Positions 19,549-34,491 of a stretch of DNA of 64,000 nt are shown piece by piece. The stretch lies in NCBI RefSeq assembly GCF_013315695.1, contig NZ_CP054353.1, one strand, 5' to 3'. A program made the translations under genes and the position numbers. Below the pieces are notes generated by a model. It made no database searches. It was given only the letters and a program-made list of their open reading frames with translations, and was not told the DNA's origin. Origin of the DNA: Escherichia coli (lineage in GTDB: Bacteria; Pseudomonadota; Gammaproteobacteria; Enterobacterales; Enterobacteriaceae). Each line of letters opens with the position of its first letter. Positions within the stretch are counted from its first letter, which is position 1.

Positions 19549-21282
19549 CTAAATTGGCCAGATATTGTCGATGATAATTTGCAGGCTGCGGTTGCCGCGA
19601 AACTCGTTGATATCGAGCTTGTAAGCCAGTTGCACTTCGCGCACGCCGTTATCCGGCCAGAGGGCGGTATCGACATTAAAAGCAATACCATCCAGCAGCG
19701 GACCGCCGCCGACCGGCTCGACCATGACTTTCAAATGACGCTCGCCCACCAGCCGCTGTTGCAGCAGACGGAAATGACCATCAAACAGCGGCTCCGGGAA
19801 CATCTGCCCCCACGGGCCAGCATCGCGCAACAGCTGCGCCACTTCCATGGTCATTTCGGCCGGACTTAACGGACCGTCCGACACCACTTCGCCTTGCAAT
19901 AAAGAAGGATCTAACCACTCAGTAACCAGTTCGCCAAACCGTTGTTGAAAGAGTTCGAATTTATCCTCTTCCAGCGACAAACCCGCCGCCATCGCATGAC
20001 CGCCAAACTTGAGCATCATGCCAGGGTAGAGCGTGTCTAACCGCTCCAGCGCATCACGCATATGTAGCCCCTGAATGGAGCGACCGGAACCTTTCAGCGT
20101 ACCATCACCTGCTGGCGCAAAGGCGATAACCGGACGGTGAAAACGCTCTTTGATGCGCGAAGCCAGAATACCGACCACGCCCTGATGCCATTCGGGGTGA
20201 TACATTGCCAGCCCGCCGGGTAGTGTGTCACGGCTGCGCTCCAGTTTCTCGCACAGGGTCAGGGCTTCAATCTGCATTCCTTGTTCGATCTCTTTTCGCG
20301 TCTGGTTTAGCGCATCGAGTTCATTTGCCAGCACGCGCGCTTCGCCGATGTTGTCGCACAGCAACAGCGCCACACCAACGGACATATCATCCAGTCGCCC
20401 GGCAGCATTGAGACGTGGCCCCAGCGCAAAACCTAAATCGCTGGCGGCGAGTTTTTGCGCATCGCGATTTGCCACTTCCAGCAGCGCTTTAATCCCCGGA
20501 CGGCACTTACCGGCACGGATGCGACTCATCCCCTGCCAGGTCAGAATGCGATTATTAGCGTCCAGCGGTACGACGTCCGCCACTGTCCCCAGCGCGACCA
20601 GATCCAGCAGTTCTGCCAGATTAGGAATTGCGATGCCGCGCTCATCAAACCAGCCCTGATCGCGCAAAAAGGTGCGCAGAGCCAGCATCAGATAAAACGC
20701 CACACCCACGCCTGCCAGTGATTTCGACGGGAAATTACAGTCGCGCAAGTTAGGGTTAATGATCGCTTCCGCTGCGGGTAATGTGTCGCCTGGCAAATGG
20801 TGATCGGTAACAATAACCGGAATGCCCAACGAACGAGCGTGTTCAACCCCCGCATGGGAGGAAATACCGTTATCCACCGTGACAATTAACTGCGCGCCAC
20901 GGGCATGAGCCTGATCGACTACTTCCGGGCTTAAGCCGTAACCGTCTTCGAAACGGTTTGGAACCAGGTAGTCGATATTGCTGCAACCAAGCGAGCGCAT
21001 CGCCAGCACGCTTAGAGCCGTGCTGGTGGCCCCGTCGGCGTCGAAATCACCGACCACAATAATCCGCGTTCCTTCGCGAAAAGCGTTGTAAAGGATCTCA
21101 ACGGCCTTTTCGACGCCGCTCAGTTGCTGCCAGGGCAGCAACCCTTTAACACTGCGTTCCAGTTCTTGCGCACTGCGTACTCCCCGGCTGGCGTATAAAC
21201 GGCGCAGCAAGGGAGGCAATTCAGCGGGCAAGTCGGCCGTTTCATCGACTTCTCGGCGACGAAGTTGTATCTGTTGTTTCAC
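19549..21282 (-). CDS. recJ: Single-stranded-DNA-specific 5'-3' exonuclease RecJ
   Basis: 577 aa DHH-family sequence. Confidence 0.9.
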   Translation of the reverse strand: MKQQIQLRRREVDETADLPAELPPLLRRLYASRGVRSAQELERSVKGLLPWQQLSGVEKAVEILYNAFREGTRIIVVGDFDADGATSTALSVLAMRSLGCSNIDYLVPNRFEDGYGLSPEVVDQAHARGAQLIVTVDNGISSHAGVEHARSLGIPVIVTDHHLPGDTLPAAEAIINPNLRDCNFPSKSLAGVGVAFYLMLALRTFLRDQGWFDERGIAIPNLAELLDLVALGTVADVVPLDANNRILTWQGMSRIRAGKCRPGIKALLEVANRDAQKLAASDLGFALGPRLNAAGRLDDMSVGVALLLCDNIGEARVLANELDALNQTRKEIEQGMQIEALTLCEKLERSRDTLPGGLAMYHPEWHQGVVGILASRIKERFHRPVIAFAPAGDGTLKGSGRSIQGLHMRDALERLDTLYPGMMLKFGGHAMAAGLSLEEDKFELFQQRFGELVTEWLDPSLLQGEVVSDGPLSPAEMTMEVAQLLRDAGPWGQMFPEPLFDGHFRLLQQRLVGERHLKVMVEPVGGGPLLDGIAFNVDTALWPDNGVREVQLAYKLDINEFRGNRSLQIIIDNIWPI

Positions 21283-21287
21283 GCGAA

Positions 21288-21998
21288 TTATTTACCGCTG
21301 GTCATTTTTTGGTGTTCGTCGAGGAATTCTTTCATGTCTTTCGGCGGCTGGTAACCCGGAACAAGTGTGCCATTGCTCAGCACAATTGCCGGAGTGCCAC
21401 TAACGCCAAGCTGGACGCCAAGTGCGTAATGATCGGCAATATCAATATCGCAACTTGCCGGAGTGGCAGCTTTACCCGCCATCACATCATCAAACGCTTT
21501 CTTTTTATCTTTCGCACACCAGATGGCTTTCATTTGTTGCTCAGCCTGGCTCTCCAGCCCCTGGCGTGGGAAAGCAAGATAACGCACGGTGATCCCCAGT
21601 GCGTTGTAGTCTGCCATTTGCTCATGCAGTTTGTGGCAGTAACCACAGGTAATATCAGTAAACACGGTGATGACGTGTTTTTCCTGCGGCGCTTTATAAA
21701 CGATCATCTCTTTTTCAAGCGCATTCAACTGCTTTAACAGCATCTTATTGGTGACATTGACCGGAGCTGTGCCACTAACGTCATACATTGGCCCCTGAAT
21801 GATATGTTTACCATCATCGGTGATGTACAACACACCGCTGTTAGTCAGAACTGTCTTCATGCCAGCTACGGGCGCGGGCTGAATATCGCTGCTTTTGATG
21901 CCCATTTTGGCTAACGTTTGTTGAATTGCCGCGTCATCAGCCTGAGCAAAGCCTGAAAACGCCGCTAACAAAGTAAACAACATAAAACCTTTCTTCAT
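21288..21998 (-). CDS. dsbC: Periplasmic disulfide isomerase DsbC
   Basis: Signal peptide, CGYC active site. Confidence 0.9.
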   Translation of the reverse strand: MKKGFMLFTLLAAFSGFAQADDAAIQQTLAKMGIKSSDIQPAPVAGMKTVLTNSGVLYITDDGKHIIQGPMYDVSGTAPVNVTNKMLLKQLNALEKEMIVYKAPQEKHVITVFTDITCGYCHKLHEQMADYNALGITVRYLAFPRQGLESQAEQQMKAIWCAKDKKKAFDDVMAGKAATPASCDIDIADHYALGVQLGVSGTPAIVLSNGTLVPGYQPPKDMKEFLDEHQKMTSGK

Positions 21999-22022
21999 AA
22001 ATCTTCCCGTTCTTTTCAGACA

Positions 22023-22919
22023 TCACGCCCGCGGGTGATGCTGTTGATGAAGTTGCCGCAGACGCTCGGTAGCGACATGCGTATAAATTTGCGTGGTGGA
22101 GAGATCGCTGTGGCCCAGTAGCATCTGCACCACGCGTAAATCCGCACCATGATTTAATAAGTGAGTGGCAAAAGCGTGACGCAACACATGCGGTGACAGC
22201 TTTTCGCTGTCGATCCCCGCCAGCACGGCATAATGTTTAATGCGGTGCCAGAAGGTCTGTCGCGTCATCTGCTGCGCACGCTGACTGGGGAACAACACGT
22301 CAATTGACACACCATTCAGCAGCCACGGACGCCCATGTTCCAGATAAGTTTCCAGCCAGTAAACCGCCTCTTCACCTAACGGCACCAGGCGCTCTTTGTT
22401 GCCTTTACCAATGACCCGCACTACGCCCTGACGCAGGCTGATATCACTCATTGTCAGCCCGACCAGTTCAGAGACACGCAGTCCGGTAGCATACAACACT
22501 TCAAGCATGGCTTTATCGCGTAGCTCCAGTGGCTGATCAATTAATGGTGCCTGTAATAAACGTTCGACCTGCGCTTCGCTTAAATCTTTTGGCAAACGCT
22601 GGGGCAATTTCGGTGAAGCGAGATGCGCACTGGGATCGTCTTCACGAAACTTTTCGCGATAAAGATACTGGAACAATCGGCGCACTGCACTCAGCAAACG
22701 CGCTGAGCTGGTGGCTTTATACCCGCCCTCCAGCCGTTCTGCCAGTAATGCCTGCAAATCGTCACTTTGCGCCGTCGCCAGCGTCAACCCGCGGTGATGC
22801 AACCACTCCACCATCATTGACAGATCGCGACGGTAAGCGTTCAACGTATTTTCAGCCAGATTTTTTTCCAGCCACAGAGCATCAAGAAACTGCTCGATGC
22901 GTGCCAGATCCTGTTTCAC
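22023..22919 (-). CDS. xerD: Site-specific tyrosine recombinase XerD
   Basis: 298 aa, C-terminal HSDLSTTQIYTHV catalytic region. Confidence 0.9.
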   Translation of the reverse strand: MKQDLARIEQFLDALWLEKNLAENTLNAYRRDLSMMVEWLHHRGLTLATAQSDDLQALLAERLEGGYKATSSARLLSAVRRLFQYLYREKFREDDPSAHLASPKLPQRLPKDLSEAQVERLLQAPLIDQPLELRDKAMLEVLYATGLRVSELVGLTMSDISLRQGVVRVIGKGNKERLVPLGEEAVYWLETYLEHGRPWLLNGVSIDVLFPSQRAQQMTRQTFWHRIKHYAVLAGIDSEKLSPHVLRHAFATHLLNHGADLRVVQMLLGHSDLSTTQIYTHVATERLRQLHQQHHPRA

Positions 22920-23030
22920 TTGCGCCCCTTATGGTCACTCATTTGATCCATTATGCCTTATTGTGCCGTGACTAAAGCGATTCTGATACACTAGCCACAA
23001 AAGCCACAGCAGAATCGAGAAGCTTACGTT

Positions 23031-23552
23031 ATGAATATGGGTCTTTTTTACGGTTCCAGCACCTGTTACACCGAAATGGCGGCAGAAAAAATCCGCGATA
23101 TTATCGGCCCAGAACTGGTGACCTTACATAACCTCAAGGACGACTCCCCGAAATTAATGGAGCAGTACGATGTGCTCATTCTGGGTATCCCGACCTGGGA
23201 TTTTGGCGAAATCCAGGAAGACTGGGAAGCCGTCTGGGATCAGCTCGACGACCTGAACCTCGAAGGTAAAATTGTTGCGCTGTATGGGCTTGGCGATCAA
23301 CTGGGATACGGCGAGTGGTTCCTCGATGCGCTCGGTATGCTGCATGACAAACTCTCGACCAAAGGCGTGAAGTTCGTCGGCTACTGGCCAACGGAAGGAT
23401 ATGAATTTACTAGCCCGAAACCGGTGATTGCTGACGGGCAACTGTTCGTGGGTCTGGCGCTGGATGAAACTAACCAGTATGACCTTAGCGACGAGCGTAT
23501 TCAGAGCTGGTGCGAGCAAATCTTCAACGAAATGGCAGAGCATTACGCCTGA
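23031..23552 (+). CDS. fldB: Flavodoxin 2
   Basis: 173 aa flavodoxin sequence. Confidence 0.9.
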   Translation: MNMGLFYGSSTCYTEMAAEKIRDIIGPELVTLHNLKDDSPKLMEQYDVLILGIPTWDFGEIQEDWEAVWDQLDDLNLEGKIVALYGLGDQLGYGEWFLDALGMLHDKLSTKGVKFVGYWPTEGYEFTSPKPVIADGQLFVGLALDETNQYDLSDERIQSWCEQIFNEMAEHYA

Positions 23553-23591
23553 TGTCACTGACGGCTTAGCGCACAGGCTTTGCCGTCATCT

Positions 23592-24258
<667 letters not shown>

Positions 24259-24487
24259 TCACGAAAATCCAGTCCCCGCTATTGTAACGTGTTTTTCGAC
24301 TTCTTTTACGGGAATATCAGTAAACACAATCGCGATCGCGAAATTAATTCACAACAATTCAAGGGCTTCATTTTTTTGGAAGTCGCCTCGCAGAAGGCAC
24401 AGATCGCGTAGTGAAAGCACTTGCATTGCCTCATAGCTCTTTTACCATTAGTCATTAATACGCCGTTAAGCAACTCAGGACTCTATT

Positions 24488-25468
24488 ATGGCTTTTACAC
24501 CTTTTCCTCCCCGTCAGCCTACGGCTTCTGCCCGTTTGCCACTGACGCTGATGACGCTTGATGACTGGGCGCTTGCCACCATTACTGGCGCGGACAGCGA
24601 AAAATATATGCAGGGTCAAGTGACAGCAGATGTCAGCCAGATGACAGAAGATCAGCACCTGCTCGCCGCCCATTGCGACGCCAAAGGTAAAATGTGGAGC
24701 AATTTACGTCTGTTCCGCGACGGCGATGGCTTTGCATGGATTGAACGGCGCAGCGTGCGTGAACCGCAGCTGACTGAACTGAAAAAATATGCGGTGTTCT
24801 CTAAAGTGACCATCGCGCCAGACGACGAGCGTGTGCTGCTTGGTGTTGCCGGTTTTCAGGCGCGCGCCGCGTTGGCAAATCTCTTTAGTGAACTACCTTC
24901 GAGAGAAAAACAGGTAGTCAAAGAAGGCGCGACCACGTTGCTATGGTTTGAACACCCGGCAGAACGTTTCCTGATCGTAACCGATGAAGCTACTGCCAAT
25001 ATGCTGACCGATAAACTGCGCGGTGAAGCGGAACTGAACAATAGCCAACAGTGGCTGGCATTAAACATTGAAGCGGGTTTCCCGGTGATTGACGCCGCCA
25101 ACAGCGGGCAGTTTATCCCCCAGGCGACCAACCTCCAGGCGCTGGGCGGCATCAGCTTTAAGAAAGGCTGCTATACCGGACAGGAGATGGTGGCGCGAGC
25201 AAAATTCCGTGGTGCCAACAAACGCGCGTTGTGGTTGCTGAAGGGGAGCGCCAGCCGACTGCCGGAAGCGGGTGAAGACTTAGAGCTGAAAATGGGCGAG
25301 AACTGGCGTCGTACCGGTACGGTGCTGGCTGCGGTCAAACTGGAAGATGGTCAGGTTGTGGTGCAGGTTGTCATGAATAACGATATGGAACCGGACAGCA
25401 TCTTCCGCGTGCGTGACGATGCGAATACATTGCGTATCGAGCCACTGCCATATTCGCTGGAAGAGTAA
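24488..25468 (+). CDS. ygfZ: Folate-binding Fe-S cluster repair protein YgfZ
   Basis: 326 aa, recognisable YgfZ sequence. Confidence 0.9.
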
Positions 25469-25476
25469 ATCTCTAT

Positions 25477-25507
25477 ATCGCATCAGGCATTTATCGCCTG
25501 ATGCGAT
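25477..25507. terminator. Palindromic hairpin (REP-like) between convergent ygfZ and yqfA
   Basis: atcgcatcaggc ... gcctgatgcgat perfect inverted repeat. Confidence 0.45.
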
Positions 25508-25544
25508 ACTGGTGTGTCTTTTCAGGCCTACAAAGGCACGCCAA

Positions 25545-26279
<735 letters not shown>

Positions 26280-26367
26280 TTAGCTAAAATAAATTCTGAT
26301 TTGAGATTAATCTCTGAAAAATCATGAAATTAAATGCGAAATTTCAACTAACAGGCGTGAGTTCAAT

Positions 26368-26679
26368 TTAAAGGCATTTAAATTCAATCACATAAAACTG
26401 TGTCTGGTCGGGATAGATGTCGGCAATGACCTTTTTCAGTTCAGTCAGGGTCATATTTTCCTGCTCTGCATGTTTTTCCGTCAGCGTATCCAGCGTTACG
26501 GTTGAGGTTGCAGTGACTTCAATCGTGCAAAAATAACCGCCATCTTCAAAACGCCCGACACGAAGCACATCACCCGTTTTGAAGTGCGATTCAGACTCGT
26601 CGCGGATGGTGATAATTTTACGCCCAGCCAGAATGTCATCCTGGAAACGTTGAAAAAAAGTGATGTCGTTTGGCTGCAT
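26368..26679 (-). CDS. yqfB: ASCH-domain protein YqfB
   Basis: 103 aa. Confidence 0.85.
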   Translation of the reverse strand: MQPNDITFFQRFQDDILAGRKIITIRDESESHFKTGDVLRVGRFEDGGYFCTIEVTATSTVTLDTLTEKHAEQENMTLTELKKVIADIYPDQTQFYVIEFKCL

Positions 26680-26696
26680 GGTACTATTTCCTGTAA

Positions 26697-28157
<1,461 letters not shown>

Positions 28158-28168
28158 TTACCCGATGT

Positions 28169-28194
28169 GCCTGATGCGCCCCGCTCATCAGGCC
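28169..28194. repeat. REP-type palindromic element
   Basis: gcctgatgcgccccgctcatcaggcc. Confidence 0.5.
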
Positions 28195-28275
28195 TGGCGC
28201 TCCTGTCATATATTGAACTCCTGGAGTTTATATTTACGCTTCATCCGACACACAAAGCGCACTTTATTAACAAGC

Positions 28276-28300
28276 TAAAAAGGCGCCGAAGCGCCTTTAG
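28276..28300 (-). terminator. Intrinsic terminator of gcvP (stem aaggcgc/gcgcctt followed by T-run on - strand)
   Basis: Hairpin plus U-run directly downstream of gcvP stop. Confidence 0.55.
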
Positions 28301-28320
28301 AAGATAGTCGAATCAGTAAA

Positions 28321-31194
28321 TTACTGGTATTCGCTAATCGGTACGCAGGAGCAGAACAGGTTACGGTCGCCGTAAACATCATCCAGACGTTTCACTGTTG
28401 GCCAGTATTTGTCTGCCACGCCTGCCGGGAATACTGCAACTTCACGGCTGTACGGATGCGCCCACTCGGCGACCAGTTCGCTCTGAATGTGTGGCGCGTT
28501 CACCAGCGGGTTATCTTCCAGCGGCCAGACACCGGCTTTCACCTGGTCGATTTCTGCGCGAATAGCCAGCATCGCGTCGATAAAGCGATCCAGTTCCACT
28601 TTGCTTTCGGATTCGGTCGGTTCAACCATCAGCGTACCCGCCACTGGGAATGACATGGTCGGCGCGTGGAAACCGTAGTCGATCAGACGCTTGGCAATAT
28701 CCAGTTCGCTGATGCCGGTTTCTTCTTTCAGCGGACGAATATCAAGAATACATTCGTGCGCCACGCGACCGTCGCGACCGGTATACAGCACCGGGAAAGC
28801 ATCCTGCAGGCGGCTGGCAATATAGTTGGCGTTAAGAATTGCCACCTGGCTTGCTTTTTTCAGCCCTTCTGCGCCCATCATGCGGATGTACATCCAGCTG
28901 ATTGGCAGAATGGATGCGCTACCGAACGGTGCCGCAGAAACCGCGCCCTGACGGGTTAACATGCCTTCGATTTGCACCACGCTATGACCCGGTACAAACG
29001 GAGCCAGATGCGCTTTCACGCCGATCGGTCCCATACCAGGGCCGCCGCCACCGTGCGGAATGCAGAAAGTTTTATGTAGGTTAAGGTGTGAAACGTCCGC
29101 ACCAATAAAGCCCGGCGAGGTGATGCCAACCTGGGCGTTCATGTTCGCGCCATCAAGGTAAACCTGACCGCCGAACTGATGCACGACTTCACACACTTCA
29201 CGGATCGTTTCTTCATACACGCCGTGGGTAGAAGGATAGGTCACCATGATACAGGAGAGGTTATCGCCCGCCTGTTCCGCTTTCGCGCGCAGATCAGCCA
29301 GATCGATGTTGCCGTTTTTATCACACGCCACAACCACCACCTGCATTCCTGCCATATGCGCGGAAGCCGGGTTAGTTCCGTGCGCAGAAGCCGGGATCAG
29401 GCAGATATCGCGATGCCCTTCGTTGCGGCTTTCATGATAATGACGAATCGCCAGCAGGCCCGCGTATTCGCCCTGTGCGCCGGAGTTCGGCTGCATACAA
29501 ACGGCGTCGTAACCGGTCAGTTTCACCAGCCAGTCAGCCAACTGCGCAATCATCTGCTGATAACCTTCGGCCTGTTCCGGCGGGCAGAACGGGTGCAGTT
29601 CGGCAAATTCCGGCCAGGTGATGGGGATCATCTCGGCGGCGGCGTTCAGTTTCATGGTGCAGGAACCCAGCGGGATCATCGCCTGATTCAGCGCCAGATC
29701 TTTACGCTCCAGCGAGTGCATATAGCGCATCATTTCGGTTTCGCTGTGGTAGCGATTAAACACCGGATGGGTGAGGATTTCGTCGTCGCGCAGCATCGCA
29801 GGCTGGATAGAGCGGCTGTCGTGAGCCACGTCTTTGTCCAGCGTGTCGATGTCCAGGCCGTGGTTATCCCCCAGCAGTACGCTGAAAAGCTGCATCACGT
29901 TTTCGCGCGTGGTGGTTTCATCAAGGGTGATCCCAACCGCGTTCAGGATATCGCTACGCAGGTTGATTTCAGCCGCTTCGGCACGCGCCAGTACGCCCGC
30001 CTTGTCTGCCACTTCCACACACAAAGTGTCGAAATAGTGCGCATGGCGCAGCTTCAGACCTTTTTGTTGCAGGCCCGCCGCCAGGATATCGGTCAGACGG
30101 TGAATGCGGTTAGCGATACGTTTCAGGCCAACCGGACCGTGATAAACGGCATACAGGCTAGCGATGTTTGCCAGCAGTACCTGGGAAGTACAAATGTTGG
30201 AGTTCGCTTTCTCACGGCGAATATGTTGCTCGCGAGTCTGCATTGCCATGCGCAGCGCGGTATTGCCAGCTGCATCTTTCGATACACCGATAATACGGCC
30301 CGGCATTGAGCGTTTGTATTCGTCTTTCGCCGCAAAGAATGCCGCGTGTGGGCCACCGTAGCCCATCGGCACGCCGAAGCGTTGCGCCGAACCAAAAACA
30401 ATATCCGCGCCCTGTTTACCCGGCGCAGTTAACAGCACCAGCGCCATAATATCGGCGGCGACACTGACCACAATTTTGCGTGATTTCAGTTCGCTAATAA
30501 GCGTGGTGTAGTCGTGAATTTCACCAGTAGTGCCGACCTGCTGTAACAGCACGCCGAAGACGTCCTGGTGGTCGAGCACTTTTTGCGCGTCATCGACAAT
30601 CACTTCAAAACCAAAGGTTTCAGCACGAGTACGGACCACATCGAGCGTTTGCGGATGAACGTCAGAAGCAACAAAGAAGCGGTTGGCATTTTTCAGTTTG
30701 CTGACGCGTTTAGCCATCGCCATTGCTTCGGCGGCAGCGGTGGCTTCGTCAAGAAGAGAAGCAGAGGCCATATCCAGCCCGGTTAAATCCAGCGTTACCT
30801 GCTGGAAGTTGAGCAGTGCTTCAAGGCGGCCCTGGGAGACTTCAGGTTGATACGGAGTATACGCGGTATACCAGCCCGGATTTTCCAGCATGTTACGCAG
30901 GATAACCGGCGGTAGCTGCACGGCGGTGTAACCCATGCCGATGTAAGACGTGAAGCGTTTATTGCGACTGGCAATAGCCTTGAGTTCTGCCAGTGCGGCG
31001 TATTCGGTCGCCGGTGCGCCAACCTGCGGTGGTGTCGCAAGCTGAATATCTTTCGGCACAATCTGGCCGGTCAGCGCGTTTAACGATTGTGCACCAACGG
31101 CATTCAGCATTTCTTGCTGTTGCGCGGCGTCCGGTCCGATATGGCGTTCAATAAAAGCGCCGCTGTTTTCAAGCTGGCTTAACGTCTGTGTCAT
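28321..31194 (-). CDS. gcvP: Glycine dehydrogenase (decarboxylating), P protein
   Basis: 957 aa. Confidence 0.95.
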   Translation of the reverse strand: MTQTLSQLENSGAFIERHIGPDAAQQQEMLNAVGAQSLNALTGQIVPKDIQLATPPQVGAPATEYAALAELKAIASRNKRFTSYIGMGYTAVQLPPVILRNMLENPGWYTAYTPYQPEVSQGRLEALLNFQQVTLDLTGLDMASASLLDEATAAAEAMAMAKRVSKLKNANRFFVASDVHPQTLDVVRTRAETFGFEVIVDDAQKVLDHQDVFGVLLQQVGTTGEIHDYTTLISELKSRKIVVSVAADIMALVLLTAPGKQGADIVFGSAQRFGVPMGYGGPHAAFFAAKDEYKRSMPGRIIGVSKDAAGNTALRMAMQTREQHIRREKANSNICTSQVLLANIASLYAVYHGPVGLKRIANRIHRLTDILAAGLQQKGLKLRHAHYFDTLCVEVADKAGVLARAEAAEINLRSDILNAVGITLDETTTRENVMQLFSVLLGDNHGLDIDTLDKDVAHDSRSIQPAMLRDDEILTHPVFNRYHSETEMMRYMHSLERKDLALNQAMIPLGSCTMKLNAAAEMIPITWPEFAELHPFCPPEQAEGYQQMIAQLADWLVKLTGYDAVCMQPNSGAQGEYAGLLAIRHYHESRNEGHRDICLIPASAHGTNPASAHMAGMQVVVVACDKNGNIDLADLRAKAEQAGDNLSCIMVTYPSTHGVYEETIREVCEVVHQFGGQVYLDGANMNAQVGITSPGFIGADVSHLNLHKTFCIPHGGGGPGMGPIGVKAHLAPFVPGHSVVQIEGMLTRQGAVSAAPFGSASILPISWMYIRMMGAEGLKKASQVAILNANYIASRLQDAFPVLYTGRDGRVAHECILDIRPLKEETGISELDIAKRLIDYGFHAPTMSFPVAGTLMVEPTESESKVELDRFIDAMLAIRAEIDQVKAGVWPLEDNPLVNAPHIQSELVAEWAHPYSREVAVFPAGVADKYWPTVKRLDDVYGDRNLFCSCVPISEYQ

Positions 31195-31311
31195 GAGCGA
31201 TGGTTCCTGAAACGTGCAGTGAATTGTGAACCTCTCTCCTTGCGAAGAGAGTGAGGGTGAGGCGTAAATTTCCTCACCCTGATCCTCTCCCGCAGAAGAG
31301 GAATAAAGCCG

Positions 31312-31701
31312 TTACTCGTCTTCTAACAATGCTTCGTATGCGGTCGCATCCAGCAGTGATTCCAGTTCGCTTTCATCGCTGGCTTTGATTTTAAAGATCC
31401 AGCCGCCTGCATACGGTTCGCTGTTCACCAGTTCCGGGGAATCGCTCAGTGCGTCGTTTACCGCCACGATTTCACCGCTTACTGGCGCATAAATGTCTGA
31501 CGCCGCTTTTACCGATTCGGCAACCGCGCAGTCATCGCCCGCGCTAACCGTTGCGCCCACTTCCGGTAGGTCAACAAACACCATATCGCCTAACAGCTCC
31601 TGAGCGTGTTCGGTGATGCCAACGGTGTAAGTGCCGTCGGCTTCTTTACGCAGCCATTCGTGTTCTTTGCTGTATTTCAGTTCTGCTGGTACGTTGCTCA
31701 T
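31312..31701 (-). CDS. gcvH: Glycine cleavage system H protein (lipoyl carrier)
   Basis: 129 aa. Confidence 0.95.
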
Positions 31702-31724
31702 CAATCAATCTCCAAAAAAGTAAA

Positions 31725-32819
31725 TCACGCGACGGCTTTGCCGTTACGCACAAAAACAGGTTTCGTCACTTTAACCGGCATTTCACGGTTGCGAATTTGC
31801 ACAATCGCTGTTTCACCAATACCTTCCGGCACGCGCGCCAGCGCAATGCTGTAACCCAGCGTCGGGGAGAAAGTCCCGCTGGTGATAATGCCTTCATGCT
31901 GGTTGCCCTGCGCATCAGTAAAACGTACCGGCAGTTCATTACGCAGCACGCCTTTTTCGGTCATCACCAGACCAACCAGTTTTTCTGTGCCATGCTCACG
32001 CTGCACTTCCAGGGCTTCACGACCGATGAAGTCACGATCTGCCGGTTCCCAGGCGATAGTCCAGCCCATATTGGCGGCTAAAGGAGAGATGGTTTCGTCC
32101 ATCTCCTGACTATAAAGATTCATACCCGCTTCCAGACGCAGCGTGTCACGCGCGCCCAGGCCGCATGGCTTAACGCCCGCTTCCACCAGCGCGCGCCAGA
32201 AATCCGCCGCTTTTTCATTGGGCAGCGCAATTTCATAGCCCGCTTCACCGGTATAACCAGTGGTGGCAATAAACAGATCGCCCGCCTGCACGCCAAAGAA
32301 CGGTTTCATCCCTTCCACCGCCTGACGCTGAGCGTCATTAAACAGTGTGGCAGCTTTTGCCTGCGCATTCGGCCCTTGCACGGCAATCATGGAAAGGTCA
32401 TCACGAACGGTAATTTCGATGCCGAAAGGTTCAGCGTGTTGGGTAATCCAGGAGAGGTCTTTTTCGCGGGTGGCGGAGTTAACAACGAGGCGGAAGAAAT
32501 CTTCAGTAAAGTAGTAGACGATGAGATCATCTATCACACCGCCAGAGGCATTCAACATCCCCGAGTAAAGGGCTTTGCCGCTTCTGGTGAGTTTCGCCAC
32601 ATCGTTCGCCAGCAGATAACGCAGAAACTCCCGGGTGCGGCTGCCGCGAAGATCGACGATGGTCATATGTGACACATCAAACATTCCGGCATCGGTACGT
32701 ACCGCATGATGTTCGTCGATTTGCGAACCGTAATGCAGCGGCATCATCCAGCCGTGGAAATCCACCATGCGAGCGCCGCAAAGCGTGTGTTGTTCGTACA
32801 AAGGAGTCTGTTGTGCCAT
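31725..32819 (-). CDS. gcvT: Glycine cleavage system aminomethyltransferase T
   Basis: 364 aa. Confidence 0.95.
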
Positions 32820-33266
32820 CTTGTCCTCATTGAATAAGCGGGGCTGACAACTTTTTCATGGTGAAATTATCACCACGAAACCCAGCATCGGAGCCACTCC
32901 CGGTCCCCAACGCAATCGTTCTCTTTTGCCTGAACTTACCACCGAAACAGACTGTTAACCATAAGGTAAAATTGATCATCACATTAGCTTATGGTTAAAA
33001 AACGCCAAAATCGCAACAGAATAAAAAACCAAAAAACATACCAGCTTCTATACAAAGATGATGTGATGAGAAAGTTAATTTGAATAAGGCAATATTAAGA
33101 GCTAAAAAAATGTCAAAAAACACTAAATCAAAAAATCATGACATTAGAAAATATAATGCGAAAACGGAGGTGAAATTAGTTTATTTCAAATGAGGAAAAT
33201 CTCCCGGCGAAAAAACCGGGAGATGAAAGTGTGATGGGTATCAAATAAACAACAGAGGAGAAATTT

Positions 33267-34469
33267 TTAACGCAGCCATTCAGGCAAATCGTTTAATCCC
33301 ATTGCCTGGCGGATAAGTTGTGGTTTAACGCCAGGAAGCGTGTCGGCCAGTTTCAGACCAATATCACGCAGCAGTTTTTTCGCCGGATTGGTACCGGAAA
33401 ACAGATCGCGAAATCCCTGCATACCAGCCAGCATCAGCGCCGCACTGTGCTTACGGCTACGCTCATAGCGACGCAGGTAAATGTACTGCCCGATGTCTTT
33501 ACCCTGACGATGCAACCGTTTCAGTTCGGCAATCAGCTCTGCAGCATCCATAAAGCCGAGATTTACCCCCTGCCCCGCCAGCGGGTGAATGGTATGCGCG
33601 GCGTCGCCCACCAACGCCAGACGGTGCGCGGCAAATTGGCGCGCATAACGCCCCGTCAGTGGGAACACCTGACGCGCGCTCTCAACCTTGCATAAGCCAA
33701 GGCGATTATCAAAAGCGATATTTAACGCGCGATTAAATTCGTCTTCACTTGCCTGCTGCATCCGCTGCGCTTCCTCTGGCGACAGTGACCAGACAATCGA
33801 GCAAAGATGCGGATCGCTAAGCGGTAAAAAGGCCAGAATGCCTTCGCCATGGAAAACCTGCCGCGCCGCCGCATCATGCGGTTCTTCCGTGCGAATGGTC
33901 GCCACCAGCGCGTGATGCTGATAATCCCAGAAGGTCAGCGGAATATCGGCTTTGTTGCGCAACCAGGAATTAGCGCCGTCCGCGCCAATCACCAGACGCG
34001 CCGTTAACATGCTGCCATCTTTCAGCGTCAGGAAGGTTTCATTTTCTCCCCAGGCGACCTGCTGTAATTCTGCGGGGGCCAACAGAGTGATATCTGACGA
34101 CTGCTGCGCTTTGTTCCACAGCGCGTAGTGAATCACTGAGTTTTCAACGATATGCCCAAGATGGCTATAGCCCATGCTTTGATCGTCAAACGAAATGTGA
34201 CCAAAACTGTCTTTGTCCCACACTTCCATACCGTGATAACAACTGGCCCTACGAGAGAGAATGTCCTGCCAGACGCCAAGACGGGTGAGTAATTTTTCGC
34301 TGGCGGCATTGATAGCCGAAACGCGCAGTTGTGGTGGTGCATCCGCCGCCAGAGGTTCCGGTACGCGCTGCTCCAGTACGGCAACGCGTAAGCCGCTCCC
34401 CTGTAAGCCGCAGGCAACCGCCAGCCCCACCATGCCGCCACCAACAATGGCTACATCAACACTTTGCAT
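33267..34469 (-). CDS. ubiI: 2-octaprenylphenol hydroxylase (FAD monooxygenase)
   Basis: 400 aa, GxGxxG FAD motif. Confidence 0.9.
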   Translation of the reverse strand: MQSVDVAIVGGGMVGLAVACGLQGSGLRVAVLEQRVPEPLAADAPPQLRVSAINAASEKLLTRLGVWQDILSRRASCYHGMEVWDKDSFGHISFDDQSMGYSHLGHIVENSVIHYALWNKAQQSSDITLLAPAELQQVAWGENETFLTLKDGSMLTARLVIGADGANSWLRNKADIPLTFWDYQHHALVATIRTEEPHDAAARQVFHGEGILAFLPLSDPHLCSIVWSLSPEEAQRMQQASEDEFNRALNIAFDNRLGLCKVESARQVFPLTGRYARQFAAHRLALVGDAAHTIHPLAGQGVNLGFMDAAELIAELKRLHRQGKDIGQYIYLRRYERSRKHSAALMLAGMQGFRDLFSGTNPAKKLLRDIGLKLADTLPGVKPQLIRQAMGLNDLPEWLR

Positions 34470-34491
34470 TGTTTATTCCTTAAAACCGCCT

